IMG/VR virus record: IMGVR_UViG_3300027784_000005
Location: 1,121-65,120 of that record
Origin: a virus
Reading direction: 5' to 3' (one strand)
DNA length: 64,000 nucleotides
Shown here: positions 1-8,560 of the stretch, one piece after another
Numbering within the stretch: position 1 is the stretch's first letter
Layout of the letters: every line of letters begins with the position of its first letter
The notes under the pieces: model-generated
Told to the model about the DNA's origin: nothing
Database searches by the model: none
What the model saw: only the letters and a program-made list of their open reading frames with translations
Program-made: the position numbers and the translations under genes

Positions 1-2
1 AA

Positions 3-353
3 AATCGTCTATGGCAAAAATTAGATGTCAGGGCAATGTTTTTAGTGTTCGGGGCTCATATGTGGAATTTTATAGGCTCTTGGGAAGCAGCTCTAATGAT
101 AGGCTTAGCAGTAATTTTAACTTGGGTTCGTGAATCAGATTTTTCAACCGAGGTAACTATCCCGTATATGTTTTTAATAACTGCAGCTTTGGCTTTATCT
201 TCGGGGGTAAGCTGGTTTTTCTTGATCGTTTTTATTATAGCCCTGGTTTGTAATATCCCTTTCTTATATTTAAACTTAAATAAGGGGGTAACAGACGTCC
301 TCCACGGCTTATGGCATATTTTAACAGCTTACGGTTTTTACTTATTAATGTAG
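3..353 (+). CDS. CREST-superfamily (alkaline-ceramidase-like) membrane hydrolase, 5'-truncated by the window edge
   Basis: Frame is open from base 3 (NRLWQKLDVRAMF...). QKLDVRAM and HGLWHILTAYG match the QxLDExxM and HxxWH motifs of alkaline ceramidase/CREST proteins; several hydrophobic helices. Confidence 0.6.
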   Translation, partial: NRLWQKLDVRAMFLVFGAHMWNFIGSWEAALMIGLAVILTWVRESDFSTEVTIPYMFLITAALALSSGVSWFFLIVFIIALVCNIPFLYLNLNKGVTDVLHGLWHILTAYGFYLLM

Positions 354-430
354 AATGTTTCAACGATATCGATTTTTTTCTAATTTATCTTAAATATTTA
401 TAACCAAATAAAAAAATAAGAGGTTAAATC

Positions 431-823
431 ATGGCAAAGAAAAAACAGAATAAACAAAAAGAAGAATCGGCTTTAAATATAGGCCTTGATGTATATACAA
501 GATTAATGTTAACCAGTATTTTTCCAGAACGTTGTTCTATCGAAGAGTATTTGACTTTTGATGATATTAAGAAGAAAATCACTATTGATGAGAAGGAACA
601 GAAAGAATTGGGTCTTAAGGTTTTAAATGACGGTAAAACCACCACTTGGAATCGTAAGGGAAATGAGGATAGAGAATTCACTTTTAGTAAAAAAGAAGTT
701 AGTACTATCTTAAATGTTTGTGAGTTAGCTTCTAGAAATAAAGACTTCCCTAATAACACAAGATTTTTTAAGTTTTATAAAGAGATAAAAGAGTTTAACG
801 AAGAAAACCCACAAGATAAATAA
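431..823 (+). CDS. hypothetical protein
   Basis: 130-aa ORF with AGAGG RBS, co-oriented with neighbours. Confidence 0.7.
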   Translation: MAKKKQNKQKEESALNIGLDVYTRLMLTSIFPERCSIEEYLTFDDIKKKITIDEKEQKELGLKVLNDGKTTTWNRKGNEDREFTFSKKEVSTILNVCELASRNKDFPNNTRFFKFYKEIKEFNEENPQDK

Positions 824-831
824 AGATTATT

Positions 832-1251
832 ATGCTCTATTCAGGATTAATCGTGTTTTTACAGAATGGGTCTGGTTTATCCAGTGGAGACTCCTTGTCT
901 TTATATATTATAGTTTCATTATTTTTAGTAATGGTTGTTGGTTTATTTTCTTGGATAATTAAAGAGTTATCTAATTTAAATACTAGACTTATTCAAAATC
1001 AAAATAAGATAATGGATAAACTGGAGGATTCAAATAAACAGGTTAGTGAACGTAAAAACGATATTGATGTACTTTTTGTGAAGATTGATCATTTAACTAA
1101 TCAACTTCCGGATTATCAATTAGTTTTTAGGAAGTTTACTGAATTGGATGAAAGAGTTAATAATGTAAGTAAAGAAAGTAAGAGAAATCAACTAGAGATA
1201 AATAGGATTAATCAGGGTTCTTTCCAGGACTCTGGAGATAGCTTTAAATAA
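832..1251 (+). CDS. membrane-anchored coiled-coil protein (holin-like architecture possible)
   Basis: N-terminal TM segment (LYIIVSLFLVMVVGLFSWII) followed by a heptad-rich region. Confidence 0.5.
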   Translation: MLYSGLIVFLQNGSGLSSGDSLSLYIIVSLFLVMVVGLFSWIIKELSNLNTRLIQNQNKIMDKLEDSNKQVSERKNDIDVLFVKIDHLTNQLPDYQLVFRKFTELDERVNNVSKESKRNQLEINRINQGSFQDSGDSFK

Positions 1252-1270
1252 CCTAATAAAAGGTGTTTAT

Positions 1271-2044
1271 ATGCCTAAGTATGGCCCCAAACCAGATATA
1301 GAAAAAGTATCTAATTATGAAGTCTATCAATTAGATAGAGATAAGAAAAGAATTAAACAGATTTGTGGGGTTCAAAGAAATAATGCTCCCGAGGGTTATG
1401 TTTGTTTAAAACCAGCTGGACACGGTACAAACCACCCCGGAACCGGTCCCTGTAAAGCCCATGACCGCCAGCTTATGAACCCTAATAATACCTCTCTCTG
1501 GCATAAGATGAATCGTTCTCAGAACTTACCGTCTACTTTAATGGAGTTTATGGAGAACGCAACAGAGATTGAGGAGACTCAATTGGCTATGGTTGATGAG
1601 GACATAAGGATGCTTTACGCTCTTCAATCCTATTTTTTAGAGAGTAAGTCAAAACCAGATAAGGATGGGAAAGAGAAAGAGTTGAGTTATGATGATATCG
1701 AATTATCTCTAAAGATTATAAATTCTATTATTTCTGCTAAAGAGAAAAGGGTTAAATTGAAGAAAGAGGTTGTATTAGATGCCTCAACAGTTAAAGTATT
1801 TGTAGATCAAGTTTTCAAGATAATTGTAGGTAATACAAATCAAGCACATTCTCGCAGGATATTAACGGAGATCCTTGATAATGTGATTATGCCATTCAAG
1901 CACTCCGGCCGTATTGCGGGACAAATTGATCTCACTAATGCCACTAAGAATATTGCAGAAGAGGTAGGGGTCAAGTCAAAAAAAGAAGATGACTCAGATT
2001 TTTGGGAAAATCTTGAGGATATAAAAGAGGATTACAATGGCTAG
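1271..2044 (+). CDS. terS: terminase small subunit
   Basis: CG...C...AGHGTNHPGTGPCKAH motif seen in phage TerS-like proteins; helical C-terminus; overlaps the TerL start. Confidence 0.65.
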   Translation: MPKYGPKPDIEKVSNYEVYQLDRDKKRIKQICGVQRNNAPEGYVCLKPAGHGTNHPGTGPCKAHDRQLMNPNNTSLWHKMNRSQNLPSTLMEFMENATEIEETQLAMVDEDIRMLYALQSYFLESKSKPDKDGKEKELSYDDIELSLKIINSIISAKEKRVKLKKEVVLDASTVKVFVDQVFKIIVGNTNQAHSRRILTEILDNVIMPFKHSGRIAGQIDLTNATKNIAEEVGVKSKKEDDSDFWENLEDIKEDYNG

Positions 2045-3308
2045 AACCCGTAAAAGAGATAAAGACTCAAATGTTGTAGATCAATGGGGTGCTATTAATC
2101 AACCCAATTCACATGAAGACCTAATTGCTGAACTGGGTGAGAAATGGATTGAAGATTATAAAAGCCAAGACACTGGTAGTCTTTATGATTGGAATGATTC
2201 AACTATCGAGGAGTTTAACAATATTCCGGTAGAGACTCTATTAATGGATCCATACTTTTTGAATCTTAAAGATATGGTATTTCCGGGAGTGTTAGATGAT
2301 ATATTAGAACTATGGGAGGAAAGAAGTAAGAGACAGGTTAATTTAACCTTATTTCTTCATGGAATAGGGGCGGGGAAGTCCATGGCTGCTAGCATCATAT
2401 CTTGGCTTTTAGTATATGAGTTATGTATGTATAAAAACCCGCAACAACATTTTGGATTAGCTGATAATTCAGTGATTGCGGTAATGCTTCTTTCAAGAAC
2501 CGAGACTCAAACCAGGAGGGTTATTTATAGTTATATGTGGGATAGGTTTCAATCTCAATTTAATAAAGATTACTTCCCCGTTAATCCAAAATTCTCTAGA
2601 GAGCTCAGGATTGATAGAAATAGGGTATGTGTTTATGCCGGTACAAGTTCAGCTTTAAGTGCTTTGGGATATAATGTTTATTGTTTAACAGGTGATACTG
2701 AGATTCAATTAGCTGATGGAAGTAATATTAGTTTACAAGAATTAGAAGGTTGTGGGAAATTAGATGTAAAAGGTTTTGATTTAAAATCTCAACAATTTGT
2801 AGGTACACAAGTTGAAGGGGTTGTTTGTAGTGGGGAGAAGGAAGTCTTTAAGTTAGAATTAGAAGATGGGTCTATTATAAAAGCTACTGAAGATCATCCT
2901 ATTTTAACTTATAAAAAAGTTAGAAGTAGAGAAAGACGTAGAGGGATTAAAGGGGGTTATATATTTAAATATAAGAAATTAAAAGATTTAACAGAGAAGG
3001 ACGAGATTGTTACTAAAAAGGATTTTATAAAATGTAGAATAACTGGGACTTTATTAACTCAAATTACTTATAAACACTTAAAAAATATAGGTTATACCTT
3101 TGATGGATATAAAAAGAAATTTCCAGATGCAGAGTTAGTTAGTCCTTTAATAAAAATGAGAATCGGTAAATTTTTAGAAGTTAAAGGTTATTTTAGAACT
3201 CCTAAGGCTAAGGAGAAATTTGAAACTGCTAATACTATAGCTGATGTTATGTTAGTAAGTAAAGAACAAATGAAAAACTTAGATTGTATAAGGGAGTATA
3301 TATCATGA
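2037..3308 (+). CDS. terL: terminase large subunit, ATPase N-part fused to N-intein (piece 1 of 3)
   Basis: Walker A GIGAGKS; at residue 216 the sequence switches to intein block A (CLTGDTEIQLADGS) and block B (IIKATEDHPIL). Confidence 0.9.
   Translation: MARTRKRDKDSNVVDQWGAINQPNSHEDLIAELGEKWIEDYKSQDTGSLYDWNDSTIEEFNNIPVETLLMDPYFLNLKDMVFPGVLDDILELWEERSKRQVNLTLFLHGIGAGKSMAASIISWLLVYELCMYKNPQQHFGLADNSVIAVMLLSRTETQTRRVIYSYMWDRFQSQFNKDYFPVNPKFSRELRIDRNRVCVYAGTSSALSALGYNVYCLTGDTEIQLADGSNISLQELEGCGKLDVKGFDLKSQQFVGTQVEGVVCSGEKEVFKLELEDGSIIKATEDHPILTYKKVRSRERRRGIKGGYIFKYKKLKDLTEKDEIVTKKDFIKCRITGTLLTQITYKHLKNIGYTFDGYKKKFPDAELVSPLIKMRIGKFLEVKGYFRTPKAKEKFETANTIADVMLVSKEQMKNLDCIREYIS
2682..3305 (+). other. 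N-terminal half of a split intein (IntN, 208 aa including a ~98-aa C-terminal extension)
   Basis: Cys1 at 2682 (TGT); block B TxxH (TEDH); ORF stops without the HN/S splice junction. Confidence 0.9.
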
Positions 3309-3409
3309 AGATAATATCGAAAAAAAGTTTAGGAAAACAGAAGGTTTATGATGCTATTAACTCCCAGACTAAAAATTTTATGCTTAATAATGGGGTTATT
3401 GTTCACAAT
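3305..3409 (+). other. C-terminal half of a split intein (IntC, 35 aa)
   Basis: Block F (KVYD) and block G (HN) followed by +1 Ser (TCG 3410-3412); length and basic charge resemble DnaE-type IntC. Confidence 0.9.
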
Positions 3410-3790
3410 TCGGGCGTCGTAGATGAAGCTAATTTTTTAGAAGTTATAGAGGATTCTAAAAAGAAAGGTTCTGGAGAAGTTTATGATGCGGCAGAGGAGA
3501 TGGAGAACGCTATTATGAATAGGATGACCTCAAGGTTTATGAGGGACGGAGTAATTCCTGGATTACTTTGTATGATATCTTCCCCACTATATCCCGATTC
3601 TTATATGGAAAGAAAAATTAAGCAAATAAAAGAAAAAGGGGAGGGTGTAATGAAGGCTTTTTATAGATCACGCTCTACTTGGGAGGCTAAGGGGGCCAGA
3701 TTCTTCCCCGATTTTTATGAGAGAGATGAATATATTGAGGTAGACTTAGAATCATTACAAATCATAAAAGAAAATATTAGGAGGGGATAA
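3305..3790 (+). CDS. terL: C-intein fused to the remainder of the terminase ATPase (piece 2 of 3)
   Basis: ATG at 3305 overlaps the upstream TGA (ATGA), AGGGAG RBS at 3291-3296; MKIISKKSLGKQKVYD...VIVHN/S then Walker B VVDEANF. The ORF-track start at 3284 (TTG) is probably too early. Confidence 0.9.
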   Translation: MKIISKKSLGKQKVYDAINSQTKNFMLNNGVIVHNSGVVDEANFLEVIEDSKKKGSGEVYDAAEEMENAIMNRMTSRFMRDGVIPGLLCMISSPLYPDSYMERKIKQIKEKGEGVMKAFYRSRSTWEAKGARFFPDFYERDEYIEVDLESLQIIKENIRRG

Positions 3791-3793
3791 GAT

Positions 3794-4288
3794 ATGAAGA
3801 AAAAGAGTTTTTGTGTATTAGATATTGAAACAATTGATTTTAAACCTCGAAGAGATCATATTTGGTCTATATCTATACTAAAGATTTCGGATATGGAAGT
3901 ATTTGAGGTTTTTGATTCTTTAGTTAGACCCCCCGCTGGCTTAGAGCAAAATTTTTATAGAGCTTCTGGTAAAGGACCCGTAGATTTTGAATATACTTAT
4001 AATATTGATAAGGTAGCTTCCAAAGCATATAACTTTATTAATAATGATATTGTCTATGCTTATAATGCTCCTTTTGATCACCGGTTCTTAGTCCTGGCCG
4101 ATACTAGATTTAAAAACTTACATTATAGAGATTATTTGAAGGTACTTAAAGATCGATATTCTAATTTAAGTAGTTATAAACTTAAAGAGGTAGCCAAAAT
4201 TTTTAATATTGATTATAAGAAAAATGGTTTTGTTAGTGTTGATGATTGTTATGCTTTATTTGAATTAATAAAAAAGGTGGGGTTATGA
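3794..4288 (+). CDS. DEDD-family 3'-5' exonuclease (DnaQ/epsilon-like)
   Basis: ExoI VLDIET, ExoII YNAPFD, ExoIII SVDD; the catalytic His is not evident. Confidence 0.8.
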   Translation: MKKKSFCVLDIETIDFKPRRDHIWSISILKISDMEVFEVFDSLVRPPAGLEQNFYRASGKGPVDFEYTYNIDKVASKAYNFINNDIVYAYNAPFDHRFLVLADTRFKNLHYRDYLKVLKDRYSNLSSYKLKEVAKIFNIDYKKNGFVSVDDCYALFELIKKVGL

Positions 4289-4833
4289 AATTCACATCAT
4301 TAATAAATTATCTCTTTTCTAAAAATTATATATCTATTGATAAGGAGTCAGAAGATAAAAAACAGACCCCTAGTGAGTTTGAATTAAGTAGACAAAGAGG
4401 TTTGCCTTTTAATATGTCAGAATTCATAAGGAGGCCAGATTTACCAGTTCCTGTTGAAGTTCAAGATAAAATCTTAGAATTTCATTTATATCCTTTGTCT
4501 TTTTTGAGGTGGGATATTGATTGCCCCATAATTATATCCCTTAGGTCAGCTTTTAGGCCCGTTGAACATGAGATAGAGAAGGGGAGGTCAGGTAATTCAG
4601 AGCATTGTTTTAAAGGATTAGGGGCCTCAGATATAACCTCTCCTCAGTTTAAAAAAATGGTCAAGAGGCTTCTAGATTTAGAGATATATGATCGTTTAAT
4701 ACTATATCCAGATAATAATTTTGTTCACGGGGATTATTCTGACGTAGGGGATAAATATGGTTTGAATTATGAAAGACAAGGTATTTCTTGGGTTAGTAAG
4801 GGGAGGTTTATTGAGGCTATAGATAGATTATGA
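4285..4833 (+). CDS. peptidase M15A-family zinc peptidase, probable endolysin
   Basis: SAFR...SEH...GLGASD...FVHGD matches the M15A pattern SxYR/SxH/AxD/HxD. Confidence 0.75.
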   Translation: MKFTSLINYLFSKNYISIDKESEDKKQTPSEFELSRQRGLPFNMSEFIRRPDLPVPVEVQDKILEFHLYPLSFLRWDIDCPIIISLRSAFRPVEHEIEKGRSGNSEHCFKGLGASDITSPQFKKMVKRLLDLEIYDRLILYPDNNFVHGDYSDVGDKYGLNYERQGISWVSKGRFIEAIDRL

Positions 4834-4834
4834 T

Positions 4835-5848
4835 ATGAGTGAACGTAAAACTATAAAAATCCCTTTATCTCTAAAGGCCAGGTTTTTATCTGATCCTGAG
4901 AATTTTATTCGTGATATTGCCGCGATTAGTACGGAAAGTATATCTCCTTTCTTCCGAAGAAAAGATAAATTAACTGAGTTATTAGAGAAATCCAAAGATC
5001 GATATAACCCTTTTGATGAAGATTCCCTTGTATTTGATGAAGATTTTGTTTGTAGAGATAATTTTACTCGTTATATGCACATTGACTTGGGTTTAAATAA
5101 AGATGCTGTTGGTATCAGTATGTGTCATATTCCCTTTTTCATGGATAGAGAAGATTGGATAACTGGGCCCGAGGGGTTGGAGAGGAATATCGATAGAGTT
5201 CCTTTTGTGAATTTTGATTTCATAGGGCGTATAAAAGCAGATAAGGGAGAGGAGATTATATTATCCGAAGTTAGACAGGTTATCTATGAGCTAACGAACT
5301 TGGGTTTTTATATTGATTTAATTACTTATGATGGATTTCAATCTGTAGAATCAATTCAAACTTTAAGAGCACAAGGGTATAGAGCTGCAAGGTTATCTGT
5401 AGATAGAACCTCTACAAAAGTATTATCTGTTAAATTGAAAGAAGATAAAACAGGTAAAAGTAATTATGGAATAAGAAGAGAGTCCACTGATGGTAATATC
5501 ATTGCTGCTTGGCAATCATTAAAAGAAGTGGTTTATGAGGATCGTATAGGGATGCCTTATTATGAGTGGGTTATTGAAGAAGCTAGGGGTCTTCAAGAAG
5601 ATCGTGTTAAACAAAAAATTGATCATAGGCCCAAAGGAACCTCTGATGTTATTCAATCTGTGTCAGGGTCTACTTTTAATGCAGTGGTTAATGAACAGGA
5701 GGGTCCCTATCATGATGTACAAGTTTATGCCCAAAAGACGGGGGATAATTTCTATAATCAATTAAATCCTTCTAAACCGGGTAATGATTTAATTAACGAG
5801 GATTGGGAGGATGATTTTGATCCGCAGGACAGAGAATATTTATATTGA
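4835..5848 (+). CDS. terL: terminase large subunit, RNase H-like nuclease domain (piece 3 of 3)
   Basis: FLSDPENFIRD linker, HIDLGLNKDAVGISMCH, ITYDGFQS, KIDH..KGTSD; lies directly before the portal gene. Confidence 0.85.
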   Translation: MSERKTIKIPLSLKARFLSDPENFIRDIAAISTESISPFFRRKDKLTELLEKSKDRYNPFDEDSLVFDEDFVCRDNFTRYMHIDLGLNKDAVGISMCHIPFFMDREDWITGPEGLERNIDRVPFVNFDFIGRIKADKGEEIILSEVRQVIYELTNLGFYIDLITYDGFQSVESIQTLRAQGYRAARLSVDRTSTKVLSVKLKEDKTGKSNYGIRRESTDGNIIAAWQSLKEVVYEDRIGMPYYEWVIEEARGLQEDRVKQKIDHRPKGTSDVIQSVSGSTFNAVVNEQEGPYHDVQVYAQKTGDNFYNQLNPSKPGNDLINEDWEDDFDPQDREYLY

Positions 5849-5868
5849 CATAAATCTATAAGGATATT

Positions 5869-7713
5869 ATGAATAAAATTTTCAAAAATATAAGAAGAAG
5901 GCTGGGATATTTCTCCTCTAAAGAGTTAGAGAAGACAGTAGATATTGCTGTCGATAAAGTTATCAACGAACACCGTATGTGGAAACAAAACGTTGATAAA
6001 GAATATGATTATTCTAATAGAAGAGAATCAGTGGCTGAGTCCCACGATGATAGGTTCTCCCTTTATGAGAGTCGCTATGAAACTAAGAAAAAAGGAAAAG
6101 ATGAAGAGGGTAAAGATTTTAGTATTATAGAATCTTTTACTGGCGGGTGGCACCCACAATTTGATACAGCCTATGATCAGTCGGTTGAGCAACTCCATAG
6201 GATGCAACAAGTTACCCTATCTAAATATTTCTCGGATCCACACTGTAGATCTATCATTGAGAATTGGCTTAACTATACTATCGGCGGAGGTATTCAGTTT
6301 AATATTGATAATGAGAAAGTTAAGAAAGTTGTTGATGATTTCCGTCGAAATAATGGTATGGAGAGTAGGGAGAAAGATATTGTTAAGATGTCTTTTATTG
6401 AAGGGGAGGTTTTCTTAGTTTATTATGTTTCAGCACGAGACGGAGACACAAAGATAAGGAGGATTCGTCCACAAGAGATAGCCGATATTGAAACTCACCC
6501 AGAAGATGTAGAAACTATATTCTCATATCATTGGTATTATACCGATTCTCGCCCCGGCACAACTCAATCATATTCAGTTGATTTAAGATTGGCTGATATA
6601 GAGTATGATAATTATAAACAAGAGTCTCAATCTAAAGGAGTTTTAAAAAGAAAAAATTCCCAGTATGAGCCCAGGTTAAAACGTAATACTGAGATTCAGT
6701 TTATTAAAATGGGTTTGGATAATGAATTAAGAGGTCGGGTTCCTTTACAACCGGTATTACGGTTTTTGAAATATTATGAAGATTGGTTAGTTGATAGAAT
6801 CATCCTTAATCATGAAAGATCAAAGGTTGTATGGATTAAATCAGTTAAAGGCCGAGGTCAAGGAGAGTGGGGTAAGAATTCAGGTGTTAGGGCTAGTAAG
6901 TCTCCGAAAGGTGGAGTCATGTTAGTTGAATCAGATAATGAAACCTATAGGATTGAGTCCCCCGAGCTAAATGCTAACGAGGCAAAAGAAGATGGGATGG
7001 CTATCCTCCATACTATTGGGGCTGGTTCTAATATGCCATTACATGTTCTTAATCAACGAGCAGACATGACCTCTTATGCTAGTATAAGAAAGTCTGATAC
7101 ACCATTCAGTCAGTTTATACGAGGTTCTCAACAATTCTTTAAACCAGAGTTTGAAAGAATGTATAGAGAGGTTATTGAAAATAAAGTTAAGGCTGGGAAA
7201 TTACCTAAGACTATTAGCGTATATGATTATTCTCAGGAAGATCTTAAAGTAGCCTTTGATATTATTAATGAGGGGTATTTAGAGAATAGACACATTGATA
7301 CTATTAAAGAAGAAGTTGATAAAGTATTAGACAGTAAACCAAAGAAGAGAAAGATAAAAACAGTTGATGTTCCACTTGGTATTGAATTCCCCGAAGTCCT
7401 CAGGGAAGACCTAAAAGCCCAGGCAGATGTCCTCAAGATCCATAAGGATATAGGTATTGCAAGTTTAGCCACTCTTGCAGCTAAGGCTGGTTATAATTGG
7501 AAAGAGGAATTACATAACAAAATGGTTGAAAAGGATTTCTTTAAACAGAATGATCCAGTAGATCCTAAGAAAGGTGATGAAGAGGATAATGGGGGAGATA
7601 AAAATGATGGCGAACCCAGTGGATCACAAGGAGATAAGGGGGATGATAAATCTCCCGGTCAAGGCGAGGACGGTGGAGAAGATAAAGGTTCTAAAAACGA
7701 TAAAAACGAATAG
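5869..7713 (+). CDS. portal protein
   Basis: 614 aa, follows TerL; portal-like segments (EGEVF, RGRVPLQPVL, YASIR); acidic Gly-rich C-tail. Confidence 0.8.
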   Translation: MNKIFKNIRRRLGYFSSKELEKTVDIAVDKVINEHRMWKQNVDKEYDYSNRRESVAESHDDRFSLYESRYETKKKGKDEEGKDFSIIESFTGGWHPQFDTAYDQSVEQLHRMQQVTLSKYFSDPHCRSIIENWLNYTIGGGIQFNIDNEKVKKVVDDFRRNNGMESREKDIVKMSFIEGEVFLVYYVSARDGDTKIRRIRPQEIADIETHPEDVETIFSYHWYYTDSRPGTTQSYSVDLRLADIEYDNYKQESQSKGVLKRKNSQYEPRLKRNTEIQFIKMGLDNELRGRVPLQPVLRFLKYYEDWLVDRIILNHERSKVVWIKSVKGRGQGEWGKNSGVRASKSPKGGVMLVESDNETYRIESPELNANEAKEDGMAILHTIGAGSNMPLHVLNQRADMTSYASIRKSDTPFSQFIRGSQQFFKPEFERMYREVIENKVKAGKLPKTISVYDYSQEDLKVAFDIINEGYLENRHIDTIKEEVDKVLDSKPKKRKIKTVDVPLGIEFPEVLREDLKAQADVLKIHKDIGIASLATLAAKAGYNWKEELHNKMVEKDFFKQNDPVDPKKGDEEDNGGDKNDGEPSGSQGDKGDDKSPGQGEDGGEDKGSKNDKNE

Positions 7714-7721
7714 GACTCTAT

Positions 7722-7928
7722 ATGTCAGATAAAGAAAGAAAACTCGGTGAAATTGAAGGTATTATTGAAGACTCTGAAGAGTCTGAAGAACAACAAATAG
7801 AGGCCCTCTATCTAGTGATAAAATTAGAGGGAGAGGAGAATCCCGTAACAATTAATGTAAAGGACGAAGATTTAAGACAGTGGATAGAAAACCTTATTAA
7901 TCAAGAACCTCAAAATAATATATCATGA
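7722..7928 (+). CDS. hypothetical acidic protein
   Basis: 68-aa ORF, ATGA-coupled to the next gene. Confidence 0.6.
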   Translation: MSDKERKLGEIEGIIEDSEESEEQQIEALYLVIKLEGEENPVTINVKDEDLRQWIENLINQEPQNNIS

Positions 7929-8197
7929 GCTTCTCAAATCCTGATGATGGAATTAATGATGGTCACATTGAAGAATTAGATAAATCTAAGCAACGTACCG
8001 GTAAAAGTAATGGACGTTGGAAAGGAGGCCGTTCAAAGTCTTTTCGTAGGAGGGCTACTAATGCTAAGAAAGGAGAGGTTGTACATCATAAGAATCGTAA
8101 AAAAAGTGATAATCGCCCAAGTAATTTCCAGAAGATGAGTCCTGCTCAACACAACAAAGCTCACCCAGAGAAGGGGAGGAAATCTAATAAAAAATAA
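7925..8197 (+). CDS. small HNH endonuclease-like protein
   Basis: NGRWKGG...VVHHKNRKKSDNRPSN...QHNKAH beta-beta-alpha-metal motif. Confidence 0.75.
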   Translation: MSFSNPDDGINDGHIEELDKSKQRTGKSNGRWKGGRSKSFRRRATNAKKGEVVHHKNRKKSDNRPSNFQKMSPAQHNKAHPEKGRKSNKK

Positions 8198-8199
8198 TT

Positions 8200-8466
8200 A
8201 TGAATAATAACTCTCTTGAATATACTGACAAGCAAAAGGCTGAAATCAGAGAAAAAGTTATTAAAGCTCTAGACGAGTCTTTCGAGATTAATAAATTCGG
8301 TTCAGGTTGTCCTATGTGGATGAATATCCTCTTTGTATTAAATAATTTCAATCAGGGTAAGTATTATGGAACCATAGAGATTAAAGTACTCGGAACCTCT
8401 GTAAACGATGCTAGGGAAAAAGAAAAAACTTATAAGATGAGAGAGATCTTTGAGGATGTTAAATAA
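8200..8466 (+). CDS. hypothetical protein
   Basis: 88-aa ORF in the head operon. Confidence 0.6.
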   Translation: MNNNSLEYTDKQKAEIREKVIKALDESFEINKFGSGCPMWMNILFVLNNFNQGKYYGTIEIKVLGTSVNDAREKEKTYKMREIFEDVK

Positions 8467-8560
8467 AATTTTAAGTGATCATTAAAGATTATGGGTTTTA
8501 ATCCTTGATAGACACTTAGTTGTTAATTAATTTCATAATAACACAAAGAAGAGGTAAAAA

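Noticed and set aside
3284-3304. ORF-track start at 3284 for TerL piece 2
   Set aside because: It is a TTG without an RBS; ATG 3305 has an RBS, an ATGA overlap and a typical IntC N-terminus
3791-4834. Group I intron or second intein explaining the TerL ATPase/nuclease gap
   Set aside because: The interval is fully occupied by two coupled ORFs, piece 2 has its own stop, and no intein junction motifs or intron core are visible
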